Shown here one piece after another: positions 40,200 to 49,831 of a stretch of DNA of 64,000 bases. Numbering within the stretch: the first letter of the stretch is position 1; each line of letters begins with the position of its first letter. A model generated the notes under the pieces. It saw only the letters and a program-made list of their open reading frames with translations, searched no databases and was not told where the DNA came from. Made by a program: the position numbers and the translations under genes. The stretch comes from an uncultured Lentisphaerales bacterium (GTDB lineage Bacteria > Verrucomicrobiota > Kiritimatiellia > RFP12 > CAYQJG01): positions 18,115-82,114 of the forward strand of contig CAYQJG010000008.1 in NCBI GenBank assembly GCA_964417715.1. The letters are read 5' to 3'.

Positions 40200-42488
40200 A
40201 TGTCCGACTCCGCTCCCGTCGCCGATCCCGGTCTTGAATCGCTGCCCCGCCTGGTTGAGGAACTGGGCATCTCCCCACGCCAGATCATGGTTGTGGCGCG
40301 CCTGCTGGCCGAGGGGAACACGATTCCGTTCATCGCCCGCTACCGCAAGGAGGCGCACGGCAACCTCGACGAGGTGCAGCTTGCACAAATCAACGAGCGC
40401 CTGGCCTACTACCGCGAACTCGGAGAACGGCGCGAGACGATCCTCAAGTCGATCGCCGAGCAGGACAAACTGACCGACGAACTCAAGGCAAAGATCCTGG
40501 CCTGCACGTCGAAGACGGCGCTCGAGGATCTCTACCTGCCGTACAAGCCCAAGCGCCGCACGCGGGCGATGATCGCACGCGAGAAGGGTCTCGAGCCGCT
40601 GGCGCTGGCCATCCTGATGCAGACGAAGGAGCCGCTGGACGCCGCCGCCTTCGTCAGCGCCGAAAAGGGCGTGCCCGACGAGGCGGCCGCGCTGGCCGGC
40701 GCGCGCGACATCGTGGCGGAGCAGATCGCCGAAAACGCCGATGTGCGCGGACTGGTGCGCACCGCCTTTGCACAGGACGGCGTGCTCGTCTCGGAGGTGG
40801 TCGAGCCCAAACCCGACGTGCCGACGAAGTTCGAGCAGTATTATGACTTCAAGGAGAAGCTCGCCACCATTCCCTCGCACCGCTTTCTGGCGATCCGCCG
40901 CGGCCAGACCGAAGGCGTGCTGCGCGTGAAACTGGCGATCGACGCCGCCCCCCTGCTGTCGCGCATCGGCGAGAAGGTCGGCCTGAAGCCGGCCGCGCCC
41001 GCCGGCCCGCAACTCGCGCTGGCCGTGGAGGACAGCTACAAACGGCTGCTTGCCCCAAGCGTCGAGATCGACGTGCTGGTCGACCTGAAGCTCAAGTCCG
41101 ACCGCGCCGCAGTCGAGATCTTCGCACAGAACCTGCGTAGCCTGCTGTTGCAGGCGCCGCTCGGCGAGCGACCGGTGGTGGGCATTGATCCCGGCATCCG
41201 CACCGGCTGCAAATGCGCGGTGCTGGACGCCACCGGCAAGTTTCTGGAAACCGTCACGATCTACCTGAGTCAGGGCGAGCGTTCGGCCGTCGAAGCGCAT
41301 GTCGAGCTCTGCAAACTCGTGGCCAAGCATCACCCGGCCGCCATTGCAGTGGGTAATGGCACGGCCGGACGCGAGACGGAGACCTTCGTTCGCCGCACGC
41401 TCCAGAAGGCCAACGCGAAAGACACCATCGTCGTGGCGGTGAACGAGGCCGGCGCCAGCGTCTACAGCGCCTCGGAGATTGCGCGCGAGGAGTTCGCCGA
41501 CCTGGACCTGACCATCCGGGGCGCGATCTCGATTGGCCGCCGCCTGCAGGACCCGCTCGCCGAACTCGTCAAGATCGACCCGAAATCCATCGGCGTCGGC
41601 CAGTATCAGCACGACGTGCACCAGCCGCTGCTGGCCGAGAAGCTGGACGAAGTCGTCGTCAGTTGCGTGAACCACGTGGGCGTCGAACTGAACACCGCCA
41701 GCGCGCCGCTGCTGTCGCGCGTGGCAGGTGTGGGGCCGACGCTGGCGCGCAAGATCGTCACGTTCCGCAATGAACACGGCGCCTTCCGCGACCGCAAGCA
41801 GGTGCTCAAGGTTCCGGGCCTGGGACCGAAGACCTTCGAACAGGCCGCCGGTTTCCTGCGCATTCGCGGCGGCTCCCACCCGCTGGACGCCTCGGCCGTG
41901 CATCCCGAGCGCTACGCGCTGGTGTCCCAGATGGCGGCCGATTTGGGCGTGCCACTGGAGGAACTGGTCGGACACGCCGAATGGGCCGACAAGATCGACA
42001 TCCGCAAATATGCCTCCGAGACGGTGGGCGAACCCACGCTGCGCGACATCGTGGCGGAACTCAAGAAGCCGGGGCGCGACCCGCGTGCCACGTTTGAGAA
42101 GCCGAACTTCCTCGACGATGTCACCGAGATCGAGCACGTTAAACCCGGCATGATCCTGGAGGGCGTGGTGACGAACGTCACGGCTTTCGGCGCCTTCGTG
42201 GACATCGGCGTGCATCAGGACGGACTGATCCACGTCTCGGAACTCTCGGACCGTTTCATACGCGACCCCGCCGAAGTGGTCAAAGCCGGCGACCGGATCA
42301 AGGTGCGGGTGCTGAACGTGGACCTGGCGCGCAAGCGCATGGCGCTCAGCGCGAAACTCCAGGCACCCGCGGCAACGACGCCAACCGCACCCCAGTCCAC
42401 CGCCGGCGCGCCGCCCGCGCGCCGTGACACGAACCGACCCCCCGCGCCGCGCGCCACCTTCAACGCCAACCCGTTCGCAAACCTGTAG
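40200..42488 (+). CDS. tex: Transcription accessory protein Tex (YqgF/HhH/S1 domains)
   Basis: Tex-specific N-terminus, YqgF RNase H-like core, C-terminal S1 domain (GMILEGVVTNVTAFGAFVDIG). Confidence 0.9.
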   Translation: MSDSAPVADPGLESLPRLVEELGISPRQIMVVARLLAEGNTIPFIARYRKEAHGNLDEVQLAQINERLAYYRELGERRETILKSIAEQDKLTDELKAKILACTSKTALEDLYLPYKPKRRTRAMIAREKGLEPLALAILMQTKEPLDAAAFVSAEKGVPDEAAALAGARDIVAEQIAENADVRGLVRTAFAQDGVLVSEVVEPKPDVPTKFEQYYDFKEKLATIPSHRFLAIRRGQTEGVLRVKLAIDAAPLLSRIGEKVGLKPAAPAGPQLALAVEDSYKRLLAPSVEIDVLVDLKLKSDRAAVEIFAQNLRSLLLQAPLGERPVVGIDPGIRTGCKCAVLDATGKFLETVTIYLSQGERSAVEAHVELCKLVAKHHPAAIAVGNGTAGRETETFVRRTLQKANAKDTIVVAVNEAGASVYSASEIAREEFADLDLTIRGAISIGRRLQDPLAELVKIDPKSIGVGQYQHDVHQPLLAEKLDEVVVSCVNHVGVELNTASAPLLSRVAGVGPTLARKIVTFRNEHGAFRDRKQVLKVPGLGPKTFEQAAGFLRIRGGSHPLDASAVHPERYALVSQMAADLGVPLEELVGHAEWADKIDIRKYASETVGEPTLRDIVAELKKPGRDPRATFEKPNFLDDVTEIEHVKPGMILEGVVTNVTAFGAFVDIGVHQDGLIHVSELSDRFIRDPAEVVKAGDRIKVRVLNVDLARKRMALSAKLQAPAATTPTAPQSTAGAPPARRDTNRPPAPRATFNANPFANL

Positions 42489-42533
42489 GATCCGATTGCG
42501 CGAATCGTGGCGGAGCCGCTACGATGGTGCGGT

Positions 42534-43796
42534 ATGCCCAAGTCCGTCCTACCCCCGCCGCACACGAAGCCTGCCGGCCGCACCTGTTCGGCTTATGTCC
42601 ACAACCGCCTCGCGGCCGGCAACTTCGACAGCTCGCGGCCTTTGCTGCGGCTGCTGCACGAGGCCGGCAGCCTGCCGCAGGCCGAAGCTGCGCGCCGCCT
42701 GGGTTTCACCGCCGGTGCCTGCAGTCTCCACCTGCAACGGCTGGAGCACGAAGGTCTGGTTCGGCGCGCCGACCACCTGCGGCGAGGCCAGGGGCGACCG
42801 ACGATCATGTGGGACCTCGACCGTGACCGCAACGCCTGCCTGATCTTCGTGGCCGAGGGCGCCGTACTGCACGCCTCCCTGCTGGACTTCCACGGCCATC
42901 CACTGCTCGAGAACCGCCTCGACCTGGCCGCCATGCCCCGCCGGGCGCAGGTCACCCGCGCAGTCGCCGGGTTCACGCGCCGGGCGATCGCGCATGGCGC
43001 CGGCACCGGCATCCGCATCCGCCAGGCGGCAGGCGGCTTCCCGGGGCTCCTCGATGGGCATGACGGGCACGTCACGCACTCGGCAAACATCCCGCAGTTG
43101 GATGGACTGAATCTGGTGCAGATGCTGGCAGCGCACGGCATCCCGGCCTGGTCTGGATCGCTGAGTCTCTGTTTTTTCTTCGGCGAGACGACTGCGCTGC
43201 CGCCGCCGGCGCAGACAACCTGGGTGATCACCTGGGACCTGGGCGTCGGCGGCGTGTGCGGACAGCAGGACACGATCCTCAGCCTCCAATTGGGTCCCGG
43301 CAGCATGCCCGAACTGCCCGAAATCGGGCACGTCTGCGTGCAGCCGGGCGGCGCGCCCTGCCGTTGCGGTCGCCAGGGATGCCTCGAAGCCTACGTCGGC
43401 GGCCAAGCCCTGCTCACGCACCTGGCCGCGCGCGGCATCGACTCACTGGAGTGCCTGCTGGCGGCCGTGCATGGTGGTCGCCAGGAAGCGTGTGCGGCCG
43501 TCTCTGTCGCCGCACAGACGCTGGGCCGCCAGTTGGCGTGGCCGGTGCAGCTCATGGACGCGCGCCGCGTGGTTCTCACGGGACAGCTGGCCGAAGCCAG
43601 CGCGCTGGCCCTGCCGGCGCTCCGGCGGGGCCTGGCGGAGCGCATCCCGCCCGACCTGCTCGCGCGGATCGCCGTGCTCGGGAGCCCCGCGCCGCTCGAA
43701 CGCGTGCGCGCCGGCGCCTTCAGGCTGGCCATGCAGTCCTTCTTCGACCCGCAGGCCGCCGCCCGCCTGCCGCGCAGTCCGGCCCGGCTCGGCTGA
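42534..43796 (+). CDS. ROK-family transcriptional regulator (NagC/XylR-like)
   Basis: N-terminal wHTH plus ROK zinc motif CRCGRQGCLEAY. Confidence 0.85.
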   Translation: MPKSVLPPPHTKPAGRTCSAYVHNRLAAGNFDSSRPLLRLLHEAGSLPQAEAARRLGFTAGACSLHLQRLEHEGLVRRADHLRRGQGRPTIMWDLDRDRNACLIFVAEGAVLHASLLDFHGHPLLENRLDLAAMPRRAQVTRAVAGFTRRAIAHGAGTGIRIRQAAGGFPGLLDGHDGHVTHSANIPQLDGLNLVQMLAAHGIPAWSGSLSLCFFFGETTALPPPAQTTWVITWDLGVGGVCGQQDTILSLQLGPGSMPELPEIGHVCVQPGGAPCRCGRQGCLEAYVGGQALLTHLAARGIDSLECLLAAVHGGRQEACAAVSVAAQTLGRQLAWPVQLMDARRVVLTGQLAEASALALPALRRGLAERIPPDLLARIAVLGSPAPLERVRAGAFRLAMQSFFDPQAAARLPRSPARLG

Positions 43797-43811
43797 GACC
43801 CCTCGCATTCG

Positions 43812-44477
43812 TCAGGCCGACGGCGACTGACCGGCACGTCCGTCGCGGACAAGGTAGATCCACGGGATGCTGACCACCGTGACGGCGAACTTGACGGCCA
43901 GGTTGATCGCGAAGATCTGCCAGACGGTCGTCCACGGCAGATTCCAGCCGAACGCACCCACCGTGAAGATCAGGTTATCCAGCGGCACCGAAACGCTGTT
44001 GCTGGCCAGCACCCGCAGCCATTGGCGTTCGGGCATGCGCGTCGCCACCCGATGATAGACCTCCGTGTCGGCCAACTCGCTCACGACCTCAGCGGCGATC
44101 GAGGCCAGGACGATTCGCCAGACAGGCGCCAGGATGGCGCTGAACTCACGTCCCAATCCCCACGACGGATCAGCCGGCACGCGTGCACAGCAGAGCAGGT
44201 AGAGCGCCATCAGCAGGTTGATTGCCGCTGCGGTGACGATCAGTGTCTGCGCGGCGCGCTTGCCGAGAGACTTGTGGACCAGGTCGCGGAGCGTAAAGGT
44301 GACCGGGTAGATGAAGGTTCCCATGTCCACGGCCAGACCGGCCACGACGCCGATCTTGAGGCTGGCCACATCGGCCAGCATCTGCGCGGCAATGTAGGCC
44401 GCCACCAGGACCAGGGCAACCACCGGAACGGTGGCCGGGGTCAACCCCGCGGCCGGCCGCGCAACAGACAGAGACAT
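43812..44477 (-). CDS. Queuosine-precursor transporter family (YhhQ/DUF165) membrane protein
   Basis: 6 TM, pattern resembles YhhQ (FIYPVTFTLRDL..., PLDNLIFTVGAFGW). Confidence 0.6.
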   Translation of the reverse strand: MSLSVARPAAGLTPATVPVVALVLVAAYIAAQMLADVASLKIGVVAGLAVDMGTFIYPVTFTLRDLVHKSLGKRAAQTLIVTAAAINLLMALYLLCCARVPADPSWGLGREFSAILAPVWRIVLASIAAEVVSELADTEVYHRVATRMPERQWLRVLASNSVSVPLDNLIFTVGAFGWNLPWTTVWQIFAINLAVKFAVTVVSIPWIYLVRDGRAGQSPSA

Positions 44478-44524
44478 GCCTCACCTCGTTTTGTTCAGGC
44501 GGGTTGACGGGGACCGCCATGGGT

Positions 44525-45607
44525 TCAATAGGCGCCCAGGCGCAGGCCTTCGTCCACGAAAAACCGATAGGTCTCGTAGCTGCAGGTTTCAGGAATCGAG
44601 TGATCGCTGTGCAGGATGTAGCCGTTGTTGCTCTTAAGCACGGGAATCTTCGCGGCCAGTTCGCGGCGGATGGCATCGCGATCATTGGCCACCAGATTCC
44701 GTGCGTCCATGCCGCCGCAGAGCGACAGCCGGTCGCCGAAGTTCCGGTGGATGCGCAACGGGTCCATGCCGGCCTTGACCTCGATCACCTGCAGGCAATC
44801 GATCCCCGCCTCGAGCATGCCCGGCAGCAGCGGCTCGACGAATCCACACGAATGCATGATAACCGGCAACCCCTGCGCATGCGCCCATCCCACCGTCTTG
44901 GTATGCGCGGGCTGGATGATCTCGCGGTACATGTCGGGCGACATGAAGGGGCGCTCTTTGAAGCCCATGTCCTCGTAGTACCAGATACCGTCCGGCAAGC
45001 CTTCCTCGGCGAAGAGCGTCTCCTGCATCTGCAACATCAGGCTGGCATAGGTGTTCGCCATGTCCTTGATCCAGTCGGGGTCGAGTGCCATGCCCATCAG
45101 CATGTACTCGTGTCCGCAGACCGGATGCATCATCTCGAAGACGTTCACCCCGGCCCAGCAGAAGAAGCGGTTGGTCTTGGCCGCGTGGGCGCGCGCGTTG
45201 CGGTAAGACTCGAAGTTGATGCGGCGGCGGTCCAACGTGCCGGTCAGGAACGGCTTGATCAGCTCTTCCCAGGCGATCCGTTCCTTGACGGCGAAGTCGA
45301 CGTGTTCGGGCGTGGTGTCGTGCAGCTTGTGGCGCCTCAGCGTCGCGCCGTTGCCGTCCTTGACCAACCTCGTCTCGGCGGTCTCTTCGAGGGTGACCGG
45401 CAGGAAGTCAAGGTCGGCAGTCGTGTTCAGGCACCAGCAGTTGACCATGTCGAAGCCGAAGTGGTCATCCATGGCCTCGCCTTCCTTGATGTGCCCTTGC
45501 TGCACCCAGAGCTTATGCGTGTCGCCCCAGAAGTGCTCGTACAATCCGATGCGATCCACTGGCTGCCGTTTGAGAATCCGTGTAATGCGTTCCTTGCCTG
45601 TCATCAT
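44525..45607 (-). CDS. URO-D (uroporphyrinogen decarboxylase)/MtaA-like family protein
   Basis: ~360 aa TIM-barrel-like; C-terminal block YILHSDHSIPETCSYE resembling the URO-D GHGI.P region; AAAGGAG RBS. Confidence 0.7.
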   Translation of the reverse strand: MMTGKERITRILKRQPVDRIGLYEHFWGDTHKLWVQQGHIKEGEAMDDHFGFDMVNCWCLNTTADLDFLPVTLEETAETRLVKDGNGATLRRHKLHDTTPEHVDFAVKERIAWEELIKPFLTGTLDRRRINFESYRNARAHAAKTNRFFCWAGVNVFEMMHPVCGHEYMLMGMALDPDWIKDMANTYASLMLQMQETLFAEEGLPDGIWYYEDMGFKERPFMSPDMYREIIQPAHTKTVGWAHAQGLPVIMHSCGFVEPLLPGMLEAGIDCLQVIEVKAGMDPLRIHRNFGDRLSLCGGMDARNLVANDRDAIRRELAAKIPVLKSNNGYILHSDHSIPETCSYETYRFFVDEGLRLGAY

Positions 45608-45630
45608 TGGGTAACTCCTTTCATCGCATA

Positions 45631-48129
45631 CTAGAACAGTGTCATCTGCCCCGGGTGATCGGTTGCGCGCTTGCGGCGCTTTTGGGCGAGTTTCGGCATG
45701 CCGGCCTCGAGTTCGCCGTCTTCGAGGTTGGCCAGGATCTCCTTGGCCCGGTCGAGCACCTCGGCGGGCATGCCGGCCAGGCGCGCAACATGGATGCCGT
45801 AACTCTTGTCGGCCGTGCCGGGCTCGATCTTGCGCAGGAAGACGACTCCGTCGCCATGCTCGCGCACTTGCACCGTGTAGTTGCGCACGCCGGCCAGCGT
45901 CAGCGCCAGGTCGGTCAGTTCGTGGTAATGCGTGGCGAAGAGCGTCTTGGCCTTGACGGCCGGGGTATTGTGCAGGTACTCGGCCACGGCCCAGGCGATG
46001 CTGATGCCGTCGAACGTGCTGGTGCCGCGGCCGATTTCGTCGAGCACGATCAGGCTGCGGCAGGTGGCGTTATTGAGAATATTCGCGGCCTCCTGCATCT
46101 CGACCATGAACGTGCTGCGGCCTCGCGCCAGGTCGTCGCCGGCACCCACGCGCGTGAACACGCGATCGACGAGCCCAATGCGGGCACGCCGCGCAGGCAC
46201 GAAGGAGCCGGCGTGCGCCATGATCACGATCAGGGCCACCTGGCGGATGTAGGTCGACTTGCCGGCCATGTTCGGTCCGGTGATAATGGCGATCTGGTTG
46301 CGCCGGCCATCGAGGCGGGTATCGTTCGGCACGAAGCGCTCGGCTTCGGGAAGCTGCTCGATCACGGGATGGCGGCCGTCGCGGATCTCGAGCGTATCGT
46401 CGTCGCAGATCTCGGGACGTACATAGTCGAGGGCCAGGGCGCGGTCGGCGAGCGAGGCCAGCGCATCGAGTTGCGCAAAGGCGTCGGCGGTCGTCTGGAT
46501 CGCGGCGGTCTGTACCACCGCCTGGTCGCGCACCTGGCCGAAGATCTCGACTTCAAGCGCCACGGCGCGGTCCTGTGCGCCGAAGATGCGCTGCTCGTAG
46601 CTCTTCAGCTCGGGCGTGATGAACCGTTCGGCGCCCACCAGCGTCTGCCGCCGCTCATACTCGGGCGGCACGCTGCCGATCTGGCCTTTGGAAACCTCGA
46701 TGTAGTAGCCGAAGACGCGGTTATGGCGCACCTTGAGGGTCTTGATCCCGGTGCGCTCCTGTTCCTGGGCCTGGTAGCGCGCCAGCCACTGATGCCCTTC
46801 GCTGGCCATCTGACGCAGTTCATCCAACTCGGCGTGAAAGCCGGGCCGGATGATGCCGCCGTCCCTGAGTCCGATGGGCGGCGTATCGGCAATGGCGCGC
46901 CCGATGAGATCGACCAGTTCCGGCAACGGCTGCATCCGCGCCGCCGTTTCGGTCAGCACGGCGTCCCCCGTTGGCGCAAGGAGGTCGCGCACGGCCGGCA
47001 CGGGCAGCAACGAGACCGCCAGCGACTGCAGGTCGCGACCGTTGCCGCGTCCCGCGCCGATGCGCGCGATCAGGCGCTCCAGATCGCGCACGTCGGCGAG
47101 TCGTTCGCGCAGCCCGGTGAGAACGGAGCGGCGCTGGGTGAGGCACGCCACGGCGTCCAGGCGACGCTCGATGGCCGCCACCTGCCGCAGCGGTCGCAAC
47201 ACCCACGCGCGCAGCATGCGCGCGCCCATGGGCGTACGGGTATTGTCCAGTACGCCCAGCAGGGTCGCGTACGGCGGCCGGCCGCGTCCCGGCAGCAGAT
47301 CCAGATTGGTGCAGGTGGACTCGTCGAGCACGAGATCGTCGCCGGCCTGGCGCACCTGCAACTGGCGGATGTGACCGCCGGCATGGTGAAGCTCCTCGCT
47401 CACATAGTGCACGAGCGCACCAGCCGGGCCGACCAGCGTGGCGCGGCCTTCGCACCCAAACCCCTCGAGCGAGTGGACGCCGAAATGCCGCACGAGCCGG
47501 TCATAGGCGGCGTCATACTCAAAGGTCCAGTCCTCGGCCTCGGTGATGGTCTGAATGCCGCTCGCGGCGAGCAGACTGGCGACGGCGGGATCGGCGCGCA
47601 TCCCGGCGCCGACCAGGCACTCACTGGGCGCAAACCGCCGCAGCGCATCGCGCAGCAGGTCGGCATCGGCGACCTCCTCGACGGTGAAGGTTCCGGTGGA
47701 GAGGTCGAGCAGCGCCAGCCCGAACGTGCGGTGGCGATGGATAGCCGCAAGGTAGTTGTTGCGTGCCGCTTCGAGGATGTCGCTCTCGGTAACGGTGCCC
47801 GGCGTGACCACGCGCGTAACCTCGCGCCGAACGATCCCCTTGGCCGTGGTGGGGTCCTCGACTTGGTCGCAGATGGCAGCCTTCCGACCGGCGCGGATGA
47901 GCTTGGCCAGGTAGCCGTCGATCGCATGGTAGGGCACGCCGCACATGGGCGTGCCGGCACGGCGCGTCAGAGCCACGCCCAGGATCGGCGCGGCCTGTTG
48001 GGCGTCCTCGAAGAACATCTCGTAGAAATCGCCCAGACGGAAGAGCAGGATCACGCCATCCGGCAGCTCCGCCTTGATGCGCCGGTACTGGCGCATCATC
48101 GGGGTCAGGTCATCGCTCTTCGCAGCCAT
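45631..48129 (-). CDS. mutS: DNA mismatch repair protein MutS
   Basis: N-terminal LTPMMRQYRRIK, Walker A GPNMAGKSTYIRQ, ~830 aa; ATG 48129 preferred over GTG 48153. Confidence 0.9.
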   Translation of the reverse strand: MAAKSDDLTPMMRQYRRIKAELPDGVILLFRLGDFYEMFFEDAQQAAPILGVALTRRAGTPMCGVPYHAIDGYLAKLIRAGRKAAICDQVEDPTTAKGIVRREVTRVVTPGTVTESDILEAARNNYLAAIHRHRTFGLALLDLSTGTFTVEEVADADLLRDALRRFAPSECLVGAGMRADPAVASLLAASGIQTITEAEDWTFEYDAAYDRLVRHFGVHSLEGFGCEGRATLVGPAGALVHYVSEELHHAGGHIRQLQVRQAGDDLVLDESTCTNLDLLPGRGRPPYATLLGVLDNTRTPMGARMLRAWVLRPLRQVAAIERRLDAVACLTQRRSVLTGLRERLADVRDLERLIARIGAGRGNGRDLQSLAVSLLPVPAVRDLLAPTGDAVLTETAARMQPLPELVDLIGRAIADTPPIGLRDGGIIRPGFHAELDELRQMASEGHQWLARYQAQEQERTGIKTLKVRHNRVFGYYIEVSKGQIGSVPPEYERRQTLVGAERFITPELKSYEQRIFGAQDRAVALEVEIFGQVRDQAVVQTAAIQTTADAFAQLDALASLADRALALDYVRPEICDDDTLEIRDGRHPVIEQLPEAERFVPNDTRLDGRRNQIAIITGPNMAGKSTYIRQVALIVIMAHAGSFVPARRARIGLVDRVFTRVGAGDDLARGRSTFMVEMQEAANILNNATCRSLIVLDEIGRGTSTFDGISIAWAVAEYLHNTPAVKAKTLFATHYHELTDLALTLAGVRNYTVQVREHGDGVVFLRKIEPGTADKSYGIHVARLAGMPAEVLDRAKEILANLEDGELEAGMPKLAQKRRKRATDHPGQMTLF

Positions 48130-48200
48130 GGCTCTCCGTAAAAAGGTCTCCACTGTAGGGTTTCTGTAGTTAGATGGCCAGCCCGAGATGAAGCCGCCGC

Positions 48201-48230
48201 CACTTCCACACCTCCGGAGGTGTGGAAGTG
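48201..48230. repeat. Perfect 30-bp palindrome CACTTCCACACCTCCGGAGGTGTGGAAGTG (copy 1), flanked by GC arms extending the dyad to ~44 bp
   Basis: Read directly; identical to copy 2 at 48836-48865; located between mutS start and ArsR-like gene end. Confidence 0.9.
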
Positions 48231-48267
48231 GCGGCGGGGCCCCGTATGGTTGGTGGACAGCTCAGTG

Positions 48268-48828
48268 TCATCTGCCAGACAGCGCAATGCCCTTTAGAGC
48301 GCGCAACAAGGCATTGGTTGGCGTGGCCAACTGCCAGCCGTCGGCGGACTCGACGATTGCACCGCGCCGCCGCAGCTTGTCGGCGTGGCGCACGGCCGCC
48401 GGCAACGACATTCCGCTGCGCCCGGCCAGGACGTGCAACGGAATCGGCTTGCCTGGCAGGGCGCGAACCATGGCGATGCGGCGTGGATGCGTGAAGGCCG
48501 TGAAGGCGCGAACCATCTCCGCCGTGGACTCCTGCCTGCCAATGGCGGCCCGCGTAGCGGCCAGAACGTCCGCCGCGTGTGCCACCAGCGGATCGGGGGC
48601 CGCGGCGTATAGAACCCAGCGGCTGACGCGACGGCACGCCAGCAGACCACGGGACTGCAGCAGGCGCAGATGCTCGGTGGCCTTGTTCGGCGCCAACCCA
48701 CAGCTGGCCGCCAGCACCGAGACAGATGCGCCTTCCTGCTGAATCACCGCCACCAAGAGACGCAGTCGCCTCTCATTGGCCAGCACCCGACAGGTGCGCC
48801 ATAGCGTCGGTTTGAGGGTTGCATCCAT
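48268..48828 (-). CDS. ArsR/SmtB-family winged-helix transcriptional regulator (two HTH-like halves)
   Basis: Winged-HTH-like segments (CRVLANERRLRLLVAV...SVSVLAASCGLAPNKATEHLRLLQSRGLL); start ATG 48828. Confidence 0.65.
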   Translation of the reverse strand: MDATLKPTLWRTCRVLANERRLRLLVAVIQQEGASVSVLAASCGLAPNKATEHLRLLQSRGLLACRRVSRWVLYAAAPDPLVAHAADVLAATRAAIGRQESTAEMVRAFTAFTHPRRIAMVRALPGKPIPLHVLAGRSGMSLPAAVRHADKLRRRGAIVESADGWQLATPTNALLRALKGIALSGR

Positions 48829-48835
48829 TGCCGTC

Positions 48836-48865
48836 CACTTCCACACCTCCGGAGGTGTGGAAGTG
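48836..48865. repeat. Perfect 30-bp palindrome (copy 2), 8 bp upstream of the ArsR-like start codon; candidate operator
   Basis: Identical 30-mer to 48201-48230. Confidence 0.9.
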
Positions 48866-48921
48866 AGACATCCTCATACACCCAACTCGGCGAGGAATCA
48901 ACGGGAATCCACCCGCGTGCA

Positions 48922-49806
48922 TCACGATACGCCGGTCTGCGCGACGGCAGCGCCCGGCCAACCGGTTGCCAGGGCGCACCACTGATCCATCGTCAGGTCT
49001 TCGGCCCGGATGCGGGGGTCAAGTCCGCAGGCCTCGAAGACCTCCGCCACCTGTCCGGCCGGGGCCGCCAGAGGCCCCGCCAGGCGCCGCAACGTCGCGC
49101 CAAGTTGCTTGCGGCGATGCATGAACGCCTGACGCGTGAGTTCGTGGAAGCGCGCCGCACCGTCGGGTGACAGCGCATGGCGATCATGCCGCACGAGCCT
49201 GACGATCGTCGAATCCACTTCTGGCCGCGGCCAGAAACAGGTCGGCTTGACACCCCGGACCAGCGTCACATCATAGAGCCGCTGCAGCCAGACGCCGGAC
49301 TGGCCGCGGTCGGGCTCGCCCGGTCCGGCCGCCAGACGCGAGGCCACTTCATGCTGCACCATCACCGTCAACCCCGGCGGCGCAAGCGCGTGCAGCGCAA
49401 CGTCAATCAGGATGCGGGTGCCGACTGAATAGGGCAGATTGGAGACGAACGCGTCAAACCGACGGGCCATCAGGACGTCCAGGTCGAGTTCCAGCATGTC
49501 GGCCGCAAGCAGCGTCAGCCGCGGCTCGGCACCCATCGACTCTTTCAGCCACTCGACCAGCCGGTGGTCCTTCTCGACCGCCACGACCTCGGCACCGCGC
49601 GCCAGCAGTTCCGCGGTGACCACACCCAGCCCCGGGCCGACCTCCAGCACACGGCTTCCCGCCTGGAGTCCTGCCGCGTCGGCAATGACGCTCAGAATGT
49701 TACGGTCGATCAGGAAGTTCTGTCCCAGCGTGCGGTTGGGATGGAACCCGCGCTGGATACACCAGTCCTTGACCTGCGATGGGCTCGTGAGGTTCATGGC
49801 GCGCAT
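48922..49806 (-). CDS. rsmA: 16S rRNA (adenine1518/1519-N6)-dimethyltransferase RsmA/KsgA
   Basis: GQNFLID, VLEVGPGLG, VSNLPYSVGT motifs. Confidence 0.85.
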   Translation of the reverse strand: MRAMNLTSPSQVKDWCIQRGFHPNRTLGQNFLIDRNILSVIADAAGLQAGSRVLEVGPGLGVVTAELLARGAEVVAVEKDHRLVEWLKESMGAEPRLTLLAADMLELDLDVLMARRFDAFVSNLPYSVGTRILIDVALHALAPPGLTVMVQHEVASRLAAGPGEPDRGQSGVWLQRLYDVTLVRGVKPTCFWPRPEVDSTIVRLVRHDRHALSPDGAARFHELTRQAFMHRRKQLGATLRRLAGPLAAPAGQVAEVFEACGLDPRIRAEDLTMDQWCALATGWPGAAVAQTGVS

Positions 49807-49831
49807 TCGCCCGACCGGGCGAGAAGGCCGG

